Shown here: positions 53,000-61,539 of the stretch, in pieces
Layout: each line of letters begins with the position of its first letter
How positions within the stretch are numbered: position 1 is the first letter of the stretch
NCBI GenBank assembly: GCA_025999215.1
Contig: AP024679.1
Coordinates: 36,007-100,006 of the forward strand
Direction of reading: 5' to 3'
DNA: 64,000 nucleotides
DNA from: Candidatus Dojkabacteria bacterium
Lineage (GTDB): Bacteria > Patescibacteriota > Dojkabacteria > J137
The notes under the pieces: model-generated
Databases searched by the model: none
What the model saw: the letters and a program-made list of their open reading frames with translations, nothing else
What the model was told of the DNA's origin: nothing
Made by a program: the position numbers and the translations under genes

Positions 53000-55259
53000 C
53001 ATTTTTTTCTTCATTTCTTTTCTTTTTAAGCTTGTTTTCAAATAGTTTACTTATATCTGATTTTTTAATTTCTTTGCGAGGTTGTCCATTATACTTAGGT
53101 AATGACACTGTAAATGTGCTTCCTTTGCCGACTTCACTTTCTACTTTAATTTGACCATTCATATTTTTAATTAAGCTAAAAACAACATAAAGCCCAATAC
53201 CCGTACCACCTGGACGAACAATTTGCCTTTTTCCTATAGTTCCTGAAGAATCAAGATAAGGGTTGATTCTATAAAACTTTTTACCTAAATTTTTAATTTC
53301 ACGCTTTGGTATGCCCTCACCAGTATCAATTGTACCAAATAAAATTTGGTCATCTTTTTGTTTTGCGAAAATAGTAACTACACCTTCCTCTGTGTATTTC
53401 ACAGCGTTACTTACTAAATTATCTAAAATTTGTTGTACACCAGTTTTATCGGCATACGCTTTCAAATTATCACCCACAATTTTTGTTTGCATCTTTAGCC
53501 CTTTCTTTTCTGCTTGAGGTTTATATGCATCCAAAGAATTTTGTACTGCAACCTTAATATCTACTCCCTCAAAAGTCAAATCTAATCTATCATTCTCAAT
53601 TCTTGCAGATGAAAGTATGGTTTCTAAAATTTTTATCTCTCTATTTATGTTGTCTCTTGCAATTTGAATATATTTTTCAACTTTTGAATCTTTTAATCCT
53701 GCCTTATCAGTTAAAACTTTGAGCATAAATAGAGCGTTTCTAGCGGTACCCAGAGGAGTTCTCAGTTCATGCCCCAAAATATCTAGCATATCTCTCTCTT
53801 TTCTAAGTGCTTCAGCAAGGTCTTCATTCTTCCTCTTTAGTTCTGCAGTAGCTTCATCAATTTTCTTTTGGAGAGTTAGGTTAAAGTTTTGGATTTCTTG
53901 GTAATAGTAAGCCCTTGCTACAGAAGCTACAAATATGTCAAAAATATTTTTTAAAAAATCAGTTTCTGAACTACCGAACGGAATGCTTCCGTTTCTGTTT
54001 GAAAATAAGGCAACAAGATTTATTCCTCTAGCCTTACTTTTAAAACTTAAAATTAAACCTGTTTCCTGTTGGAAATTTAGACTAAAATTTCTAATTATTT
54101 CTTCTTGAATATTTTGGTCAACCAAATTGTAAACTATTATTTTATCTTTTTGCTTTAAGTAATTAAGTAATTTAATTACAATTTCGTCCTCAATTTGAGA
54201 AAAAATAATTTTGCCAGAAAAACTTAAATGTATTTTTATAAATTTAGGTTGAAGATTTTTCGAAATAACATTTATCGTTTTTTCGTATATTGTCGAAATA
54301 TTTAATTCATAATTAATTTCCTGAATATAATTACTTATAACAATTTTTGGATCAAAACCTGGATTAATTATGCTTGATGTTACTTTTTGGCTTACAAAAT
54401 TTTTAAAAGAGTCAAAAAATAAGATATACAACACAGCAATAAAAATCCCAAAAATATACGAAGGGAGACTAAATATATCTTTAAATAAAATTATATGAAT
54501 ATATACTAAGAAATAAAAAGAGAAAAATAACAATGATGATATTATTGCAACATAAATTATTCTTCCTAAAATTAGCCGAAAATCAAAAAGCCTATATTTA
54601 AGAACCGCATAGGAAATTGCTAGTATCCAGATTATAGAGGCTACTTGTCCAAACCAATTCAGTGAAAAAATATTTAGGCTAGGCAAAAATAAATTTGTGA
54701 TCATTGCAAGTAATGAACTTATTAACGATCCTCCAAGTATTATTATAATTTGTATTTTTTCTATAAATCTTACTTTGTTTAAAGATTTTAAAAGTAAAAA
54801 ATAACAATATGAAAATACTATTGGGAAATAAGGAAAATAAATAAAAAAATATAACTTACCAAAAACAATCTTTTTTTCACCTTCGACAGGAATTTGAATA
54901 CTATCAATAATGTAATCAGTATTTAAGGTTACAAAAAAAATAAGTGCTACTATAATAAAGAGCAAGTTAACAAAGACATGCCTGCTTAATTTTAGTTTTT
55001 CGTAACAAAATACTAAATACATGAAAGGTGTCATCAAAGCAGAGGCATATAATATTTTACCCCAAAGTTCTGCATTTTTTACTTCTAAGGCTGATCTATA
55101 AAAAATCATTGAAATACACCAAATAAAAATGCTTAGACACAAAAAACTAAATAAAAGATATAATTCATCTTTTTTATACAAACCTCTTATACAAAAAATT
55201 AGAAATAAAAAGAAATTACACAGAGCAATAAGAAGTATTATTGAGTTAATAAAATCCAT
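52992..55259 (-). CDS. Sensor histidine kinase with N-terminal 7TM-type membrane sensor and GAF-like linker
   Basis: About 9 TMs, then HELRTPL, NLVSNAVKYT, DTGEGI, KFYR, GTGIGL, GKGSTF. Confidence 0.92.
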   Translation of the reverse strand: MDFINSIILLIALCNFFLFLIFCIRGLYKKDELYLLFSFLCLSIFIWCISMIFYRSALEVKNAELWGKILYASALMTPFMYLVFCYEKLKLSRHVFVNLLFIIVALIFFVTLNTDYIIDSIQIPVEGEKKIVFGKLYFFIYFPYFPIVFSYCYFLLLKSLNKVRFIEKIQIIIILGGSLISSLLAMITNLFLPSLNIFSLNWFGQVASIIWILAISYAVLKYRLFDFRLILGRIIYVAIISSLLFFSFYFLVYIHIILFKDIFSLPSYIFGIFIAVLYILFFDSFKNFVSQKVTSSIINPGFDPKIVISNYIQEINYELNISTIYEKTINVISKNLQPKFIKIHLSFSGKIIFSQIEDEIVIKLLNYLKQKDKIIVYNLVDQNIQEEIIRNFSLNFQQETGLILSFKSKARGINLVALFSNRNGSIPFGSSETDFLKNIFDIFVASVARAYYYQEIQNFNLTLQKKIDEATAELKRKNEDLAEALRKERDMLDILGHELRTPLGTARNALFMLKVLTDKAGLKDSKVEKYIQIARDNINREIKILETILSSARIENDRLDLTFEGVDIKVAVQNSLDAYKPQAEKKGLKMQTKIVGDNLKAYADKTGVQQILDNLVSNAVKYTEEGVVTIFAKQKDDQILFGTIDTGEGIPKREIKNLGKKFYRINPYLDSSGTIGKRQIVRPGGTGIGLYVVFSLIKNMNGQIKVESEVGKGSTFTVSLPKYNGQPRKEIKKSDISKLFENKLKKKRNEEKNAI

Positions 55260-55297
55260 ATGCTTATTTTAATTATAAATCAATTAACAAAATAAAA

Positions 55298-56953
55298 TTA
55301 TTGCTCAGCATGGCGGCTCTCCTCCTCATAGCTTCCATTTACAGTTACGTAAGGATAACTTAAATTTCCTATCCACTGTAATTGTTCTAAGATTTTAATG
55401 ACTTTTTGAAAAATTTTTACTCTTTCTGGAGTTAAGCCTTCTTTATAACTTGAAAAAAAATACTCGAAAAGTAAATTTACATCTTCATAACATATATTTT
55501 TACGCTCTTCCTTGATAATATAATCATAAATTAATCTTTTCAAAGAATCTTTCGATTTTTTGTTATTATAATCTATTAAATCATTCCTATTGCACAAACC
55601 TAAAATTTCCTTTATTTTATTGATAAACATAGATCTTATATAAACCTCAAACTCACATCCATACATAATACATTCTGAAGTTTTATCAGGTAATGTTGTA
55701 GGGTTCAAACCCAAATCATACTTCTCATCATCAAATGTACTGCGTATAATTGGTGAATTATCTATGCCTGCTAGTGGCTTGATTACAGTTATAATTATTC
55801 CCATTTCTCTTAAAAATTCAATACTTGATGGAGTAACTGCACCTGGTTCGCTATCATCTATAATTATTGCTCCATCCAATGCCATTTGAAATTCCTGTTT
55901 AACACAACTTTTTATCCATTGTTCATCACTAGGATAGTTCCGTTTTAATTCAGCTACTCTTTCCCAATATAGTTTTTCAAAATCAAGGGGTGTAGTTATT
56001 GCTAATACAACTATTTTACTTTTTTTGAAGACATCAAGCCAGTTTTCTGCAACAGTTACTTTTTCCCTGTTTTGCATTTCTGCTGATTTTTCTTTTCTAG
56101 AATCATAAACAATCATATCTTCTGCAAGTATCTCTACTACACTTTTACCAATTCTACCTAATCCTATAACACCTATTTTATTTTTAGGCTTTTGGTTTCC
56201 ATTGACTATAGCATTTAATTCCTGATCTTTTCTTAAACTTTCAACTAACCTCAATATACAGTTAACAGTACCTGCATGTCCTGTTGTAGTTGGGTATTCA
56301 AGCAACTGACCATATTTAAATAAACCTGGAAGCGTTGCACCTAAACCTAAAAATGGTGTAGATGGAAATTTTGATAATAATTTCGTCAACAAAAAAATTC
56401 TTTTATTCCTATCTTTCTTTAAGCGCCAAAGTAACCTAGTTTTAAAAAATAAAGGATCACCTTCTGCAAGTGCCCGAAATAATTTATAAGTACTGACTAA
56501 ATCTACAGGAATCACAATTACTAACATGTTATCCAAACCTTTATAGTACGCAATAGGTATGGGCGGAAGACAAGATAATAATTCCATATAACATTTAACC
56601 TGTGCAGGATCTTCAAAATTAATAACTTCAGCAATTGGAAGAAACATTTTAGCTTCCGCTGAATTGTTTCCCCGAGGCGGCACTAAAAAAATATTTAAAT
56701 TATTAACATCAATACCTTTTTCGTCTAAAAAAGAGTAAGGGTTTTCATAGATTTCAAAGATAAGATTAATACTTTCTTCTGTTCTTTGGAGCTGATCTTC
56801 AGCCAAATTATTTAGTTTTTTTTTAATTTCTTCTAGTTTTTTTAATGCTTTTTGCTTCATTTTATTCAATAATCTTTCAGCCGAAAAAATTTCTTGCTGT
56901 CCACCATTTGTTACTTCAGGTGTAAATGTTTGGTCTTCAACTGTTGGCTCCAT
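55298..56953 (-). CDS. Acyl-ACP reductase-like (COG5322-type) NAD(P)-dependent oxidoreductase
   Basis: GLGATLP, TTTGHAGT, Rossmann IGVIGLGRIG, IIDDSEP, YGCEFE (compare cyanobacterial AAR TTGN and FACFAE). Confidence 0.62.
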   Translation of the reverse strand: MEPTVEDQTFTPEVTNGGQQEIFSAERLLNKMKQKALKKLEEIKKKLNNLAEDQLQRTEESINLIFEIYENPYSFLDEKGIDVNNLNIFLVPPRGNNSAEAKMFLPIAEVINFEDPAQVKCYMELLSCLPPIPIAYYKGLDNMLVIVIPVDLVSTYKLFRALAEGDPLFFKTRLLWRLKKDRNKRIFLLTKLLSKFPSTPFLGLGATLPGLFKYGQLLEYPTTTGHAGTVNCILRLVESLRKDQELNAIVNGNQKPKNKIGVIGLGRIGKSVVEILAEDMIVYDSRKEKSAEMQNREKVTVAENWLDVFKKSKIVVLAITTPLDFEKLYWERVAELKRNYPSDEQWIKSCVKQEFQMALDGAIIIDDSEPGAVTPSSIEFLREMGIIITVIKPLAGIDNSPIIRSTFDDEKYDLGLNPTTLPDKTSECIMYGCEFEVYIRSMFINKIKEILGLCNRNDLIDYNNKKSKDSLKRLIYDYIIKEERKNICYEDVNLLFEYFFSSYKEGLTPERVKIFQKVIKILEQLQWIGNLSYPYVTVNGSYEEESRHAEQ

Positions 56954-56957
56954 TTTA

Positions 56958-57752
56958 TTATAATTTAGAAGTTAAAATATACTCTATCACCATAAACCTT
57001 TCATCCTTGTAAAAAGGTATGGTAGAAAACTTAATAGGTACCTTTATACCATGAAAATTAAACTTAACAGTCCTATTGTCATGGTGATTAAAGTCTAAAG
57101 GTTTAGATTTAATTATTTTATTCCAATAATTCCACGCAAATTTTACTTTCTTTATTTTCTCTATTGTATCTAAATATATAGGATCATCCACCATGTAACC
57201 ACACTCAGAATAATACAAATCCAGTAAATGCTTTATAGTCTCTTCATAAGTATTTTTATCAACAAATTTTCCACCCCATTCCGGATCTAGCGCAATATCT
57301 AACAAACTCCGTCCATAAACATTTTCATATTCTTTCTTAGACACGCCTGATAGTTTTATAAACAAATTAGAAGCTTTCCAAACTCTGTACCTATCGTCAA
57401 TCATATACCCAAACACCCACGGCTTATTAAAAAGCTCTCTTACGGATTCAACTGCTTTTGTTACGTCTTCTTCACTTGGTGGATCCATTCGTTTACCATA
57501 TGTGTATTCTCTCTCAAGTAAACTCATCTCTAACACATCTGCTATCGCGTTTAGAGTTTCTTTGTTGGCGTTTGTTACTCCATTTTCTATTCTTGAAATT
57601 GAGCCTGAAGCAGCTCCTATTTCTAACTCCACATCAAACTGTGATAATCCAGCTCTTTTTCTAAAATATCTTAACCTTCTACCTGTTTTCATTGCTTGCA
57701 TTGTTCTTTGATCGGTATAGTCTATTTTAAATTTATTTTGTTGCTTAATCAT
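56958..57752 (-). CDS. XRE-family HTH regulator with MmyB-like (PAS-like) ligand-binding C-domain, copy 2
   Basis: GRRLRYFRKRAGLSQ...ISRIENG HTH; GYMIDDRYRVWKASN, GRSLLD. Confidence 0.8.
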   Translation of the reverse strand: MIKQQNKFKIDYTDQRTMQAMKTGRRLRYFRKRAGLSQFDVELEIGAASGSISRIENGVTNANKETLNAIADVLEMSLLEREYTYGKRMDPPSEEDVTKAVESVRELFNKPWVFGYMIDDRYRVWKASNLFIKLSGVSKKEYENVYGRSLLDIALDPEWGGKFVDKNTYEETIKHLLDLYYSECGYMVDDPIYLDTIEKIKKVKFAWNYWNKIIKSKPLDFNHHDNRTVKFNFHGIKVPIKFSTIPFYKDERFMVIEYILTSKL

Positions 57753-58326
57753 GTTTACGAATTAAGTATTCCACTAAATTAAACCTTTCGTCAAGATGTA
57801 ACGGTACTATAGAAAAATACACTGGATAACTAAACAAACCCGTATTAAACGTAACTTTTCTTCTTTTAACATCTTGAAGCTTCAATGGTCTCGATGATTT
57901 TACCCGTGGCCATAGCTCTTTAACTTGATCATTTGTATCTAAAAAGTAAATAGTTTTACTAACCACATCATCATCTACCATAAATCCACACTTTGTATAA
58001 AAAGACTCTAACAAATCTTTTAGAATATTAAAATAACTATTTCTTTTGAGAAATTTTTTTCCAAGATTATCATCCAATACAATCTCAATTAGCGATCTAC
58101 CCTTGTTTTTATCTACTTCATCTTGATTTAGTCTTAAAAATCTCCTCATCGCATTTGATATTTCCCAAACTCTATACCTATCATCCAATAAATACCCAAA
58201 CACCCATGGCTTATTAAAAAGCTCTCTTACGGATTCAACTGCTTTTGTTACGTCTTCTTCACTTGGTGGATCCATTCGTTTACCATATGTGTATTCTCTC
58301 TCAAGTAAACTCATCTCTAACACATC
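57421..58326. repeat. 119-bp exact direct repeat (57421-57539 and 58208-58326) shared by the two XRE paralogs
   Basis: ggcttattaaaaagc...ctctaacacatc is identical in both; flanks add ~15 bp each side after single mismatches; offset 787 bp. Confidence 0.92.
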
Positions 58327-58545
58327 CGCTATCGCGTTTAATGTTTCTTTATTGGCATTTGTTACTCCGTTTTCTATTCTTGAAATTGATCCTGACGCTG
58401 CTCCTATCTCTAATTCAACTTCAAACTGAGAGAGATTGGCTCTTTTCCTGAAGTATCTTAGTCGTCTTCCAGTGATGAAGGCATCCCCCAGCATACTTGT
58501 AGTGCTGTGTTTTTTTTTGGCTGTAAATGATGCCTGTAGTTTCAT
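57745..58545 (-). CDS. XRE-family HTH regulator with MmyB-like C-domain, copy 1
   Basis: Near-identical HTH to copy 2; GYLLDDRYRVWEISN, GRSLIE; start moved to ATG 58545 because the longer ORF begins inside the promoter. Confidence 0.8.
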   Translation of the reverse strand: MKLQASFTAKKKHSTTSMLGDAFITGRRLRYFRKRANLSQFEVELEIGAASGSISRIENGVTNANKETLNAIADVLEMSLLEREYTYGKRMDPPSEEDVTKAVESVRELFNKPWVFGYLLDDRYRVWEISNAMRRFLRLNQDEVDKNKGRSLIEIVLDDNLGKKFLKRNSYFNILKDLLESFYTKCGFMVDDDVVSKTIYFLDTNDQVKELWPRVKSSRPLKLQDVKRRKVTFNTGLFSYPVYFSIVPLHLDERFNLVEYLIRKHD

Positions 58546-58552
58546 TGCGGTG

Positions 58553-58581
58553 ATTTTACAACAAGTACAAGTTGATGTCAA
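58553..58581 (-). promoter_or_regulatory. Sigma70-type promoter TTGACA-N17-TAAAAT of the XRE operon
   Basis: TTGACA 58581-58576, 17 nt, TAAAAT 58558-58553, 7 nt to ATG 58545; the spacer holds an ACAAGT x2 direct repeat. Confidence 0.75.
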
Positions 58582-58607
58582 TTGAATTTGACGAATTTGA
58601 AAAATAC

Positions 58608-58635
58608 TTGAAAATTTTTATGGTTGTGGTATACT
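58608..58635 (+). promoter_or_regulatory. rpsT promoter TTGAAA-N16-TATACT with extended TG
   Basis: ttgaaa 58608-58613; tgg-tatact 58627-58635. Confidence 0.6.
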
Positions 58636-58661
58636 GAACAAGATTAATTTAAATTTAGATT

Positions 58662-58928
58662 ATGGCAAACACGAAATCCGCAAAAAAAGCTATCAGATCT
58701 CAAGAAAGAAAAAGGCAATACAATCTAAAAAGACTTACAGAATTCAGGCTTGCAAGAAAGCAAGTTAAAAAGGCTGTGGAAAGTGGGAATGCAGAAGAAG
58801 CAAAGAAACTTCTTTCATTTGCTTACAAAAAGATCGATAAAGCTGCAAAATCTGGACCAATTAGCAAAAATGCAGCTAGCAGGTACAAATCTAAGCTTGC
58901 AAAACTTGTTGAATCAATAACCAAATAA
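58662..58928 (+). CDS. rpsT: 30S ribosomal protein S20
   Basis: MANTKSAKKAIR...IDKAAK.G.I.KNAASRYKSKL. Confidence 0.97.
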   Translation: MANTKSAKKAIRSQERKRQYNLKRLTEFRLARKQVKKAVESGNAEEAKKLLSFAYKKIDKAAKSGPISKNAASRYKSKLAKLVESITK

Positions 58929-58981
58929 AAATTTGATATTTTGTCCTAACAAGTATAGAATTTTCTAGTTAGGCTTTTTCA

Positions 58982-59515
58982 ATGAAATGGAGTTTTTTGA
59001 ATATTTTAAATGACGCACTGTTACCTGCTTCGTTAATGATAGTCTCAAAGTTTATTGGAGTTTTTGTAGTTGTGCTTTTATTTAACCTTGATTGGAGTTT
59101 GGAGGAATATTCAAACCAAATATTTGCATTCGGTACAACAAAAAGTGTAGATGACGCTATTATTATCACTAGCTATTCAGATTTGTTTATGTATTTAGTC
59201 ATGGTTTTGTTTTTGAGCTTTTCTATAATTAGAGCAGTTTTTTTTCATTCAACTCACATTAATCCAGAAATTTTTTACAAACTTACTCTCAATAATCTTT
59301 CGGACTTGGTTAAGAATTCTTTTGTTATCTATAAATCTGCAACTATTTGGCTAATTTTTACAATTTTTGCAAACTTAGTTATTCTTGCAAATTCAGTCCT
59401 TGGCAAAAGTTTTGCGTGGATTGGATTACTTACCGCTTCAATTACAATTAGCCTTGCGGTAATTTTAGCTAGCGATGTTTCTAGGGAAATTAAATCTCAG
59501 AAAAACATTAAATAA
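58982..59515 (+). CDS. Hypothetical 4-TM membrane protein
   Basis: Four hydrophobic segments. Confidence 0.75.
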   Translation: MKWSFLNILNDALLPASLMIVSKFIGVFVVVLLFNLDWSLEEYSNQIFAFGTTKSVDDAIIITSYSDLFMYLVMVLFLSFSIIRAVFFHSTHINPEIFYKLTLNNLSDLVKNSFVIYKSATIWLIFTIFANLVILANSVLGKSFAWIGLLTASITISLAVILASDVSREIKSQKNIK

Positions 59516-59627
59516 TTTTATTTTTTTCTAGATTTAAGAATTGCCACCCCTAACATTAATTAAGTTTCTCGAGAGAAATTATTAAACAGCTGTTGAAAAA
59601 ATTTTTATAATGTCCTAGTCTGTAAGT

Positions 59628-59870
59628 ATGGAATATCCAAATTACATTTCAAGGTTGTTTTGGGAATACGATATATCTCTTTTAAATCACAAGTTACATA
59701 AAAATTTAATTATCGAGAGAGTATTGGAAAAAGGAAATTTTGACGCTATCTCATGGCTATTTAAAAATTATTCTTTTTCTGATATTTGTGAATCATTGTC
59801 GTCTCCAAACATTTCATCACCTACACGCTTTTTATGGCAAAATTATTTTGCTAAAATCACTCAAGCTTAA
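59628..59870 (+). CDS. DUF6922-like small protein (putative antitoxin)
   Basis: LFWEYD...IIERVLEKG....WL...Y pattern; directly upstream of a nucleotidyltransferase; TTGAAA-N17-TAGTCT promoter 6 nt before the ATG. Confidence 0.75.
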   Translation: MEYPNYISRLFWEYDISLLNHKLHKNLIIERVLEKGNFDAISWLFKNYSFSDICESLSSPNISSPTRFLWQNYFAKITQA

Positions 59871-59879
59871 AATTATTCC

Positions 59880-60521
59880 ATGAAAATATTTAACGAAGTT
59901 TTACCTGATTACTCTTTTGATTTATTTCAAAAAATTAGCACAAATTCTAGTTTTAATAATTTCTACCTTGCTGGTGGGACATCACTTGCTCTTCAGCTAG
60001 GTCATCGTGAATCCATCGACCTAGATTTTTTTACCAATGAACCATTTACAACTTCAATCATGAATTCATTTCCTGCAAAATATGAAGTTATTCGTTTATT
60101 TGATAACTCAATTGAAATCTTTGCGCAAGACACCAAAATCATGTTTTTTTATTTTGCTTTTCCACTCTACAAACCTTTAATGAAACATAAAGGTATGAAA
60201 TTAGCTCATCCAATTGACATTGGATTAATGAAACTTTTAGCATTGCAAGGCAGAACTACAAAAAAAGATATCATTGATCTTTATTTTATTGATCAAAAAA
60301 TTATTGCATTAGAGAAATTATTAGAAATTTTTGAAAAAATTTACCCTAAGGAAGGTTTCAATAGCTACAGCAGTATTAAATTACTTTTTGATGAAAATTT
60401 ATTAAAAAGTGAACCTCTTCCTAAAATGTTTCACGAAATAAATTGGGAAGAGTGTTTCGAATTAGTAACTAGCAAAGTTTTACAACACATCAATAAACTA
60501 CTCAATGGTTATTCCACTTAA
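59880..60521 (+). CDS. AbiEii/AbiGii-family nucleotidyltransferase (putative type IV TA toxin)
   Basis: FYLAGGTSLALQLGHRESIDLDFF, MKL.A..GR...KD..DLY. Confidence 0.85.
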   Translation: MKIFNEVLPDYSFDLFQKISTNSSFNNFYLAGGTSLALQLGHRESIDLDFFTNEPFTTSIMNSFPAKYEVIRLFDNSIEIFAQDTKIMFFYFAFPLYKPLMKHKGMKLAHPIDIGLMKLLALQGRTTKKDIIDLYFIDQKIIALEKLLEIFEKIYPKEGFNSYSSIKLLFDENLLKSEPLPKMFHEINWEECFELVTSKVLQHINKLLNGYST

Positions 60522-60592
60522 AATTATAAATTTAGGTTAAGTTTTAATTCTACAAAGTTAATGGTAGAATGCTAGTGTATTTAATTTTAAAT

Positions 60593-61021
60593 ATGAATAA
60601 CGATTTAACTCAGCTTACTAAAAACATCAAAGTTGCTCAAATCATTGAAATAAACAAGCATCCAAATGCTGATAGATTAGTACTCGTAAAGCTAGATATT
60701 GGAGCTAATCAAGTTGTAGAAATTGTAACAGGTGCCACCAATATTAATGTTTCTGATTTTGTGCCATTTCTCTCTTCCGGGTCGATAGTGCCCGGTTACA
60801 AAATATTTGAAAACAAAACCATACTTTTGCAACCAAAAGATATACGAGGAGTGGTTAGTAATGGAATGATTTTATCTGAATTTGAGGTCGGTTTTAGTGA
60901 TGATCATAGTGGTATATTTATTTTGAATGAGTTTGGAATCAATGAGGATGATATTGGAAAGAGCTTAATTGAAGTAATACCTGAAATTTTAGAAAAAGTA
61001 AGTAATAATTTTAATTATTAA
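60593..61021 (+). CDS. Stand-alone tRNA-binding OB-fold protein (YtpR / PheT B2-like)
   Basis: KHPNADRL, IVTGATN, IRGVVSNGMILS..E.G...HSGI; start may be 60569 or 60593. Confidence 0.82.
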   Translation: MNNDLTQLTKNIKVAQIIEINKHPNADRLVLVKLDIGANQVVEIVTGATNINVSDFVPFLSSGSIVPGYKIFENKTILLQPKDIRGVVSNGMILSEFEVGFSDDHSGIFILNEFGINEDDIGKSLIEVIPEILEKVSNNFNY

Positions 61022-61030
61022 ATTAATAAA

Positions 61031-61537
61031 ATGTCGCTAAGAACCAAAGCTAGGATAGCTGCATTTATTTTGTTAATACTAGGTTTAGCAGGCATAGTTC
61101 TAGCTTACCCTTCCAGTGAAGATGATAGTTTTACTCAGGAAAAAGTAGAAATGAATAAAAGTTTAGATAAAGCTTTAGATAATTCTGAAATTTCAGATAC
61201 AAATTCACAAACAAATGCTTTCGAAACAAGATTTCTCGATTATGATGATGAATTATTACAATTGGCCAATGAGTACAAAATAGTTCTTTTTTTTCATGCT
61301 GATTGGTGCCCAACTTGTTTAGCCTTAGAAAGAGATATCAATCGAAATATTGATTCAATCCCTCAAAATGTTTTAATTCTGAAAGCGCCTTACGGCAACA
61401 ATGGTGAAACGGAACTAGCGCAAAAGTACAATGTGAAGGTGCAACACACTCTCATTCAACTTGACAACGAAGCTAAACCCAAAAAAACTTGGGTTGGAAG
61501 TTTTAGGCTTGAAGAAGTTATTAGTGAATTAGTTTAA
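61031..61537 (+). CDS. Membrane-anchored thioredoxin-like protein
   Basis: N-terminal TM; FHADWCPTC; KYNV..QHT. Confidence 0.88.
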   Translation: MSLRTKARIAAFILLILGLAGIVLAYPSSEDDSFTQEKVEMNKSLDKALDNSEISDTNSQTNAFETRFLDYDDELLQLANEYKIVLFFHADWCPTCLALERDINRNIDSIPQNVLILKAPYGNNGETELAQKYNVKVQHTLIQLDNEAKPKKTWVGSFRLEEVISELV

Positions 61538-61539
61538 TT

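Noticed and set aside
57421-58326. 119-bp repeat as a DGR template/variable repeat pair or IS ends
   Set aside because: No adenine-specific mismatches, no reverse transcriptase or transposase in the window, and both copies lie in frame in paralogous genes.
59556-59585. Imperfect palindrome TTTCTC-GA-GAGAAA upstream of the TA promoter as operator or terminator
   Set aside because: Only 6-bp arms in very AT-rich DNA and no U-tract; too weak to call.
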